Of a DNA stretch of 64,000 nt, positions 57,407 through 64,000 are shown piece after piece. The stretch spans positions 11,405 through 75,404 of the forward strand of contig JBPOHW010000002.1 in the NCBI GenBank assembly GCA_052035095.1, read 5' to 3'. Source of the stretch: Candidatus Moraniibacteriota bacterium. GTDB taxonomy: Bacteria > Patescibacteriota > Minisyncoccia > Moranbacterales > UBA1568. The notes beneath the pieces are model-generated. The model did no database searches, had not been told where the DNA came from, and saw nothing but the letters and a program-made list of their open reading frames with translations. The first letter of the stretch is position 1, and every line of letters begins with the position of its first letter. Both the position numbers and the translations under genes were made by a program.

Positions 57407-58591
57407 ATGCATTTCACCGATATCTTGAAACTCGCGCTTCGGATGTTTCGCGCCCGTACCATGCGGACACTCCTTACCATTCTCGGTATGTCGATCGGCA
57501 TCGCCGCCATTTTGTTCCTCGTCTCCTTGGGATACGGTCTCCAGCAAACGCTCCTCCAGAGAATCACCACCTCCGACGCTTTGGCGACGCTCGACATTAC
57601 CGAAGATCGCGGAAAAGGCGCGCTTATCGACTCCGCGTCTATGGAAACCATCCGCAATATCCCCGGCGTCACGGCGACCATTCCGGCCGTCCGCGTAAGA
57701 GGACAGGGGAAATTCGAAGCGATCACGCTCGACCTCGACACACTCGGTTCATCGGCAACCTTCCTCAAACTCGAAAATATGAAGGTCATCGCCGGCACAC
57801 TCCTCTCCACTGAGACAAAATCCATCGTCATCACCTCCGGCATCGCGAAGACCTTCGGGAGAACTCCCGAGGCGATGATCGGGCAAGAATTCGCACTCAC
57901 ACTTTTCCTCCCCATCGAAGGAAAAGAAGGTCAGACGGAAGCGAAGGGACCCGAAATCTTCCGCGTCGTCGGCGTCACTGAAAGCGATGAAAACGTCGCG
58001 TCTTTCGCGCTCGACGACTTCCCGGGCGCCAATACCGGACGGTTCCAGGCGCTCAAAGTCAAAGCGGAAACCGCCGAACGGACGACGCCGCTGCGCGATG
58101 AAATCTTGAAACTCGGCTTCGCCGTCTCCTCCATTTCCGATACCATCAGCCAGGCCAACAAAGTCTTTCGCGCCGTACAAATCATCCTGATGATTTTCGG
58201 TCTGGTCGCCCTCGTCGTTTCGGCAATCGGTATGTTCAACACGATGACGATCGCCCTCCTTGAGCGCACCGAGGAAATCGGCATTATGAAGTCGATCGGC
58301 GCCTCGCGTATGAGTATCTCGCTCATGTTCATCGTCGAAGCAACCATGATGGGATTTCTCGGAAGCTTGGTCGGGGTCGTCTTGGGATGGCTCGGCGGTG
58401 AAATTTCCAATTATCTCCTAAACCTCATCGCGACTCGCTTCGGCGGCACGAGCGTCGATCTCTTCTCCATTCCCGCCTGGTTCATCGCGCTCATCATCGC
58501 CTTCGGATCTACCGTCGGCCTCTTCACCGGCCTCTTCCCCGCCCGCCAAGCAAGTCGCATCGACCCCTTGGATGCCTTGAGATACAAGTAG
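57407..58591 (+). CDS. ABC transporter permease (FtsX/MacB family)
   Basis: N-terminal TM, large periplasmic loop, C-terminal 3-TM FtsX-like domain. Confidence 0.8.
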   Translation: MHFTDILKLALRMFRARTMRTLLTILGMSIGIAAILFLVSLGYGLQQTLLQRITTSDALATLDITEDRGKGALIDSASMETIRNIPGVTATIPAVRVRGQGKFEAITLDLDTLGSSATFLKLENMKVIAGTLLSTETKSIVITSGIAKTFGRTPEAMIGQEFALTLFLPIEGKEGQTEAKGPEIFRVVGVTESDENVASFALDDFPGANTGRFQALKVKAETAERTTPLRDEILKLGFAVSSISDTISQANKVFRAVQIILMIFGLVALVVSAIGMFNTMTIALLERTEEIGIMKSIGASRMSISLMFIVEATMMGFLGSLVGVVLGWLGGEISNYLLNLIATRFGGTSVDLFSIPAWFIALIIAFGSTVGLFTGLFPARQASRIDPLDALRYK

Positions 58592-58690
58592 GGCGATTCT
58601 GTGTAATCGCCCAGTATCCGTATCCGTATACAAAAACGGATACGGAAAATAGGGAAAACAAAAAACAAGGGCGATTACACAGAATCGCCC
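58591..58690. terminator. convergent bidirectional terminator: 22-bp perfect inverted repeat arms with nested inner hairpin
   Basis: GGGCGATTCTGTGTAATCGCCC ... GGGCGATTACACAGAATCGCCC; inner TCCGTATCCGTATAC-aaaaac-GGATACGGA; both genes' stop codons lie inside the arms. Confidence 0.6.
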
Positions 58691-59991
58691 CTACGCAAAA
58701 TTTCTTCTATCACCCTTCGGTCGTTCCACGGAATTCTTGTGTCGCCAATCGCCATCGTTTCTTCGGCGCCTTTGCCGGAAACGACGACGATATCGCCGGG
58801 CATCGCGAGGCGAAGCGCTTTCGCGATCGCTTTCCGTCGATCCATAATGGTAAAGAGATTTTCGCGCGGCGTTTTATTGACGATGCCTTTTTTGATTTCC
58901 CGTACGATCCGATCGGGATTTTCGGTATACGGATCCTCATTGGTGAGGATAATTGTGTCGACGAAGGACGAAACGATTTCACCCATAATCGGTCGCTTCC
59001 CTCGATCGCGATCACCGCACGCGCCAAAAACAGCGATGATCTTTGATTCCGTGTTCGGTCGCATTTTTGAAACCAAGCCATAGAGCTGTTCAAGCGCGTT
59101 CGGCGTCACCGCATAGTCGATGAGGATGGTAATACCTCGATCGTTGGTCACGCGCTCCATCCGCCCCGGGACGCTCTTGATTTTTTCAAGCGCACGCGAA
59201 GCAATTTCAAATGAAATATTGAAAGGAACGACCGCTGCAAGTGCCGCAAGCGCGTTTTCGATATTGAAAAGTCCGGGAAGCGCGAGGTGAAATTTCGTTT
59301 CACCGACATGGAAAGTGGAACCGTCAAGCGTTGCCTCGACCCCCTCCGCGAGCACGTCTGCCGACGTATCGAGACGACTATAGGTGATTTTCTTGGGGGG
59401 CGGCGTCTTGAGAAATTCGCCCGGGTCTTCCATATCAAGGTTCACCACGCCGACCCGCGCGTTCCGAAACAGCCGTCGCTTCGCCTCGCGATAGTCTTTC
59501 ATCGTTGTGTGATAATCGAGATGTTCGCGCGTCACATTGGTAATGACCGCCACTTCGAAGGGAACGCCAAAAACCCGCCCCTGATCGAGCGCGTGCGATG
59601 AGACTTCGAGGATGGCAACTTCGCATCCTTCGCGAACCGCCTCTCGCAAAAATTGCTGTACCTTCCATCCCGAAAGCGTCGTGTACTTCGACGAATTCAC
59701 CCACTCGCGCTCATTGATGCGAAAATTGATCGTCGAAGCAACCGCCGCTCTTTTCCCCGCCTCGCAAAGAATGGCCGCGATGCATTGTACCGTCGTCGTC
59801 TTCCCGTCCGTCCCCGTCACGCCAATAATGCGGAGCTTCCTCCCCGGAAATCCGAACACAATACCCGCCAAGACGGACACAAAACGATGGTAGCCATTCT
59901 TGAGAAATTGCGGGACACATTGCCTAAAAAGAGTCGGTATCATACTTGAAAGTATAGCACAATTCAGCCACAAATTCCCTCCCCTTGACAA
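58675..59991 (-). CDS. Mur ligase family protein (MurE-like UDP-MurNAc-tripeptide synthetase)
   Basis: GVTGTDGKTTT ATP-binding loop, Mur ligase middle and C-terminal domains. Confidence 0.75.
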   Translation of the reverse strand: MSRGGNLWLNCAILSSMIPTLFRQCVPQFLKNGYHRFVSVLAGIVFGFPGRKLRIIGVTGTDGKTTTVQCIAAILCEAGKRAAVASTINFRINEREWVNSSKYTTLSGWKVQQFLREAVREGCEVAILEVSSHALDQGRVFGVPFEVAVITNVTREHLDYHTTMKDYREAKRRLFRNARVGVVNLDMEDPGEFLKTPPPKKITYSRLDTSADVLAEGVEATLDGSTFHVGETKFHLALPGLFNIENALAALAAVVPFNISFEIASRALEKIKSVPGRMERVTNDRGITILIDYAVTPNALEQLYGLVSKMRPNTESKIIAVFGACGDRDRGKRPIMGEIVSSFVDTIILTNEDPYTENPDRIVREIKKGIVNKTPRENLFTIMDRRKAIAKALRLAMPGDIVVVSGKGAEETMAIGDTRIPWNDRRVIEEILRRGDSV

Positions 59992-60235
59992 AGTCTGAAA
60001 ATGTGCTAGCTTCAGATTAGAAATGGACGGCAGTGAAGTTTGACATGGAATAGAGTTGTTCTTTTAACCCCCGAGGTTCGTGTGCGCACACGCAACCGAA
60101 GGAGACTCCGATGAAGGAGAAATGTGATGGTCACCTAAAAACCCCCAAGGCTTCGACTCTGTCGAAGCCTCAATTATTTTCAGTAAAAATCACCCGAATT
60201 TCTCGAGTGATTTTTATTTTTTCGAAAAAAGTAAG

Positions 60236-61027
60236 CTATTTTGCTTGTTTATCTCGATTCACCCACTTCCATGCCAATTCAAATATAGTGCGAAAAGATT
60301 GAGCGATTTCCTTGTCTTCTATCACTACTCCCATAAGCCTATCTTTGAATGAGGCGATGCGCACCTTGTCTTCGTAAAAAGCGATATCGCAACTCACAGG
60401 AAAATCTTTAGCAGGAAGACGAATCATTTCAGCGTTTTCAACACCTTCCAAATCTCCCTTTTCTCGAGTATAAATCGTTTTCGTTGTAATCTTATTTCCC
60501 AACCTTTCCTTTCTAATGTGAATAAGGTCATCTGGAGTTATTGCCTGCTCAATAACATCACGTGAAAAAACATTGAAGAGTTGCTGATTCTTGCTTGATT
60601 TCATGTGCTCCAGTGTCATCGTTAATATCCCATCTTTCCCTTCGTAGTACTTCACTACCGGCTTGTCTTTGTTGCGGTTGTTGATGGATTGGAGCTCGGG
60701 AAGGAGACGCTTGAATTGTTCTTCGCGAAGTTCCAGTTCCTTACGTTCCTTGGCGATAAGGTCGAGGATGCGCTCCGGCATTTCCGCCATAAAGAACTGC
60801 TTCTTCCCTTGGTAGTAGCTCGACATCAAACCACGCTCCATCAGCCCTTCGATAATAAAATACGTCGTCGGGCGCTTGATGCCCGCCTTCGCCGAAATCT
60901 TCTGCACCGTCGCCTGTCCCAGTTCGAGTGAGGCGAGGTACACCTTTGCCTCTTTCTCATTGAGACCGAGTGACTGGATATCTTTCTGGATCATAGACAT
61001 AGAATTAAAGTGAGTCCGCTCCTCCAC
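60236..61027 (-). CDS. TrmB-family transcriptional regulator
   Basis: N-terminal GLNEKEAKVYLASLELGQATVQKISAKAGIKRPTTY wHTH typical of TrmB. Confidence 0.7.
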   Translation of the reverse strand: MEERTHFNSMSMIQKDIQSLGLNEKEAKVYLASLELGQATVQKISAKAGIKRPTTYFIIEGLMERGLMSSYYQGKKQFFMAEMPERILDLIAKERKELELREEQFKRLLPELQSINNRNKDKPVVKYYEGKDGILTMTLEHMKSSKNQQLFNVFSRDVIEQAITPDDLIHIRKERLGNKITTKTIYTREKGDLEGVENAEMIRLPAKDFPVSCDIAFYEDKVRIASFKDRLMGVVIEDKEIAQSFRTIFELAWKWVNRDKQAK

Positions 61028-61048
61028 CGGACGTGCAATTATCGCAAA

Positions 61049-62092
61049 TTAGTATCGTTTTGTCAAGTGTCGAATGGCTTTTATGACAAACATTTTTGAC
61101 AGAGCAATAATCCTATAGGCGTAAAATCGGCTCGGTATAAGCACTCTATCATAACTTCCCGGATACTGAACAGTCTTGACACTTTCCGCAAATCCCCGCT
61201 TAAATCGCGTGACGCCCGCAAGCGTCGGACGCGTTCCTGTCGTGTCGACACCTCCCATATCATATCGGGTACACCCGCGCCGCCGCGCCTCCTGTATCGC
61301 CCGAAATTGAAGCAAAAACGGCGCCATACACCCGCGATCATCGTTTGACGAGGCGCCATGGAGATACGTCGCCGTATCGCCGAAAAACGAAACAAGAATC
61401 GCCGCAAGCGCCTTCCCCTTATGCCGCGCCACCAAGAGCTCCAGCGACTCCCGCGGAAACGTTTCAAAAAAAGTACGGTAGTGTTTCTCGGAATGCGCCG
61501 CAATGCCGTTTCGCTTCGCCGTCTCTTGAATCATCCGAAGTAATTCCCGAATCGCCGCCTCATCACGCTCAAGCGACACCGAGACACCGCGTTTCTCGGC
61601 AAGGCGCACATTGTAGCGCGTTTTCGCCTTCATACCCGCCAAAATTTCCTCTTCACTTTTTGAAATATCCACCACCAAAATTTCCCGCGGTTGCATATCA
61701 TGAAGCGCTCGACGCACTCCATGCAGCTTCGACCACTCCCGAATCACTGCGAGTTCCCCCTCATCCTTCGGCTCCACACGCACCCACCCTACCCCCTGCT
61801 TCTTCGCCTCTTGAAGCATCTCCTCCCAAACATTTTTTGCCGACCGCTGACCGCTGACTGCTGACTGCTGATTGCTGATTGCTGACTGCTGAAGTATCGG
61901 CCCCCTCGGCACATACCAGTATTTCCCGATAATCGGAAGCCGGCGTTCAATCACATTTGCCCACAATCCCTCGCCCTCGAAGTGCGCTGTATAAGATCCC
62001 TCCCGCTCCTCGAGCGCGCGCCACTCCTCCGATTGGAGAAATCCCCCGTCGGGACAGTTTCTATTGAGCCATGAAATGCGTTCCTGATTCAT
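61049..62092 (-). CDS. FemAB-family aminoacyltransferase (peptidoglycan interpeptide bridge formation)
   Basis: ~347 aa; acyl-CoA N-acyltransferase-like tandem domains; start set to MNQERISW because the upstream M lies within a heptamer repeat. Confidence 0.65.
   Translation of the reverse strand: MNQERISWLNRNCPDGGFLQSEEWRALEEREGSYTAHFEGEGLWANVIERRLPIIGKYWYVPRGPILQQSAISNQQSAVSGQRSAKNVWEEMLQEAKKQGVGWVRVEPKDEGELAVIREWSKLHGVRRALHDMQPREILVVDISKSEEEILAGMKAKTRYNVRLAEKRGVSVSLERDEAAIRELLRMIQETAKRNGIAAHSEKHYRTFFETFPRESLELLVARHKGKALAAILVSFFGDTATYLHGASSNDDRGCMAPFLLQFRAIQEARRRGCTRYDMGGVDTTGTRPTLAGVTRFKRGFAESVKTVQYPGSYDRVLIPSRFYAYRIIALSKMFVIKAIRHLTKRY
61842..61890. repeat. heptanucleotide tandem repeat (CAGCRRT)x7 (gene orientation) inside FemAB-family CDS
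   Basis: Direct reading; encodes QQSAISNQQSAVSGQRS. Confidence 0.9.
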
Positions 62093-62095
62093 GTG

Positions 62096-62130
62096 CCTTA
62101 TTCCTAATTCTTCATTCCTCATTCTTCATT
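62096..62130. repeat. heptanucleotide tandem repeat (AATRARG)x5 (gene orientation) in ruvA-FemAB spacer
   Basis: Direct reading; same unit family as 41871..41891. Confidence 0.85.
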
Positions 62131-62136
62131 CTATCC

Positions 62137-62712
62137 CTATCGTTTCTTCCCCAACACCTTGAGAAGCGCACCAATCTTCTCCTCAACGCGAGAGAGTCCC
62201 GGCGGCAAAAGCTTCATCGCCTCGCGCACCTCGCTTGGCGCATAGCCCATCGACGAAAGCGCCTCGATTGTTTCACTCTCTTCTGTCGCACCTTTGATAC
62301 CGGCTTCCGTAAGCGTCCCCACTTTGTTCTCGAGATCGAGAATGATGCGCTCGGCGGTTCGCTTCCCCACTCCCGAGATGCGCGTGAGAATAGACGTGTC
62401 TTTTCCGACAACCGCGGCACGAATGGAAGCGGGCTCCGCGACCGAGAGAATGCCGAGCGCCATCTTGGGACCGACGCCATTCACGGAGATGAGGAGCTCA
62501 AACATCGAGAGTTCCCCCTCATCAAGGAAGCCATAGAGCGTGATCGCGTCTTCGCGCACGTTTGTAAATATATGAAAACGCACCGAAGACGCTCCGGCGA
62601 TTTTCCCGAGCGTATAGGGCGTGAGATGTACTTTGTATCCGACGCCACCCGCCATCACCACCGCCGATTCATGACGGATCGCCGCAATCGGACCTTCAAG
62701 GAGAGCGATCAT
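62137..62712 (-). CDS. ruvA: Holliday junction DNA helicase subunit RuvA
   Basis: MIALLEGPIAAI..., HhH motifs (VNGVGPKMALGIL, ISGVGKRTAERI), C-terminal domain III; start trimmed. Confidence 0.85.
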   Translation of the reverse strand: MIALLEGPIAAIRHESAVVMAGGVGYKVHLTPYTLGKIAGASSVRFHIFTNVREDAITLYGFLDEGELSMFELLISVNGVGPKMALGILSVAEPASIRAAVVGKDTSILTRISGVGKRTAERIILDLENKVGTLTEAGIKGATEESETIEALSSMGYAPSEVREAMKLLPPGLSRVEEKIGALLKVLGKKR

Positions 62713-62859
62713 AGGAGAATTCATTCGCTGTTGTAGAGACGCAAAATTTTTCGTCTCTACTGTATCACGGAAGCCTTCCCCTTGCCAAAAAGCAAACCGC
62801 ATGATACAAGAAATATGGTAACAATTTTCTTCTTTAACAACCGAGGAAGAGGTGTTTCA

Positions 62860-63444
62860 ATGACCAACCTTATAGTCTCGCGCCATCCATTCGGATGGGA
62901 CGTTCTTCAATTTTTTCCTCACCTCAATAGGGATGATATTTTTCAGGCAACTGTCCAAAACGGAGAAGGTGTAGAACAACTTGTGCAGTACATGGATGCA
63001 TCGCAATCGGGGCTACTTGAAACATGGGCAAAGCGATACATCTCCCAAGGGGTGACACCGCTTCTTGCTACCGCGATCCCTCTCGACAATCACTGGGCGT
63101 GGAACATGCTGAGCGATCCCTATGCTTACTTCGGCGAAAGAGATGGCGATTGTGTTAGAGAACAAGTAGTACAAAAATTGTGGAAGTATGTACACTACTA
63201 TTCACCACCATACGTCAAGCGAGCCATGATCGCACACATCGAGCTTGGGTGTAGAAATTATCCCGAGGCTACTAGGGCGGCGGATTTTTCCTTGTGCGAG
63301 TGGCAAATACCTGATTTTGGCACTCTTTTCATGAATAACCGTGAAAAAGCACTTCCAACACTCCTTGAAACTGCGCGCCAAAAAGCACAACTCCTCGTAT
63401 CCATTTTGGAGGAACACAAGAAGCAACAAAGCACTGCCAACTGA
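62860..63444 (+). CDS. hypothetical protein
   Basis: 194 aa from ATG 62860 (GGAAGAGG RBS). Confidence 0.45.
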   Translation: MTNLIVSRHPFGWDVLQFFPHLNRDDIFQATVQNGEGVEQLVQYMDASQSGLLETWAKRYISQGVTPLLATAIPLDNHWAWNMLSDPYAYFGERDGDCVREQVVQKLWKYVHYYSPPYVKRAMIAHIELGCRNYPEATRAADFSLCEWQIPDFGTLFMNNREKALPTLLETARQKAQLLVSILEEHKKQQSTAN

Positions 63445-63550
63445 CTCTTCAGTCCGTTTGTGCAATGGGGGGTCCCTGATAGACTCCCTTTTTCTTGCTA
63501 TTTTTTCAATATATTGCTATAAGGAAGAGTATTCATTTAATTCGCATCTT

Positions 63551-63823
63551 ATGCCTATCAAGAATTCCGCCAAGAAATATATGCGCGTCACCGCGCGAAA
63601 GACCGAGCGAAACAGAGCCGCGAAAGGAGTCGTCAAAGGCGCCATCAAGAAAACACGCGAAGCCGTGAAGAGCAATGACCTCACCACCGCTCAGACGGAG
63701 CTCAAGCTCGCTATCAAGAGTCTCGACAAGGCGGTTGAGAAGAACATCATCAAGAAAAACACCGCCGCCCGCAAAAAGTCGCGCCTCAACGCCCTCGTCA
63801 AGAAGGCAGTCCTTGGGAAGTAG
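63551..63823 (+). CDS. rpsT: 30S ribosomal protein S20
   Basis: MPIKNSAKKYMRVTARKTERNRAAK... all-helical basic 90 aa; start trimmed from longer ORF. Confidence 0.9.
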   Translation: MPIKNSAKKYMRVTARKTERNRAAKGVVKGAIKKTREAVKSNDLTTAQTELKLAIKSLDKAVEKNIIKKNTAARKKSRLNALVKKAVLGK

Positions 63824-63850
63824 ACACCATTCGTTTCGATTTCACCGACA

Positions 63851-63890
63851 AGAAAAATCCCCAGCCAACCGGTCGGGGATTTCGTGTGTT
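63851..63890 (+). terminator. terminator after rpsT
   Basis: ATCCCC...GGGGAT hairpin with palindromic CCAACCGG core followed by TTTCGTGTGTT. Confidence 0.45.
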
Positions 63891-63902
63891 CTCGAACAAT
63901 AT

Positions 63903-64000
63903 TTATCGCGCTTCAACAAGGTACTTTCGCATGGTTAGCACCGCGATGAAAACAACTCCCATCGCCGCGATCGGAAGATAAAAGAACCGTTCAATATCGG
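63903..64000 (-). CDS. 3' end of an unknown membrane-protein gene continuing beyond window end
   Basis: Open frame ...DIERFFYLPIAAMGVVFIAVLTMRKYLVEAR* on minus strand. Confidence 0.3.
   Translation of the reverse strand, partial: DIERFFYLPIAAMGVVFIAVLTMRKYLVEAR

Noticed and set aside
57295-57915. 206-aa minus-strand ORF spanning the ABC spacer
   Set aside because: It runs antisense to the ABC permease gene and through the nested inverted repeat. It is a shadow ORF.

Overview
The window looks like a compact, small-genome bacterium. Its ribosomal-protein cluster has no L30 gene between rpsE and rplO, a 61-aa zinc-ribbon S14 (type Z), and tail-extended S5, L22 and S19; together these suggest a Candidate Phyla Radiation (Patescibacteria)-type organism (inference). 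Positions 1-15.2 kb carry a minus-strand r-protein supercluster running tuf, rpsJ, rplC through rplO, then secY, adk and map, followed by ruvX and a glycosyltransferase family 2 gene cut by the window edge. Positions 15.2-37.4 kb are an accessory block. It starts with an ORF-poor ~1 kb stretch. A segment at 18.7-27.5 kb is bracketed by a diverged duplication of the 5' end of a HAD-like gene; it carries thiol-disulfide/redox membrane genes, a Bax-inhibitor-family protein and a LexA-like/metallo-beta-lactamase-fold/XRE cluster. An AT-rich ~10 kb putative integrative element then abuts tRNA-Asn(GTT), whose 3' half overlaps the end of a large serine recombinase gene. That element also has an excisionase-like helix-turn-helix gene and a possible Rep_trans-like gene. 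Its cargo is the best candidate for a new conflict system: an 1183-aa TPR-rich protein with an Mrr-like N-terminal motif and no P-loop, a TadA/CDA-fold deaminase and a HicB-like small protein. Positions 37.4-64 kb are core again: hypC, rpoD with a lysine-rich N-terminal tail, an Rrf2 regulator heading a complete SUF cluster (sufC, sufB, sufD, sufS, sufU, a ferredoxin, sufT), a GT39-like membrane glycosyltransferase, korAB, xseAB, a thioredoxin-fold membrane protein, a response regulator, an ABC ATPase/permease pair, a Mur ligase, TrmB, a FemAB-family gene, ruvA and rpsT. Across the window there are recurring heptanucleotide tandem repeats at four loci, one of them inside the FemAB coding sequence. 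There are also two MITE-like inverted-repeat elements and a repeated AT-rich 17-mer inside the suf cluster, duplicated terminator modules, and ~115-bp elements shared upstream of two genes. All functional calls come from reading motifs and architecture by eye; no searches were run.
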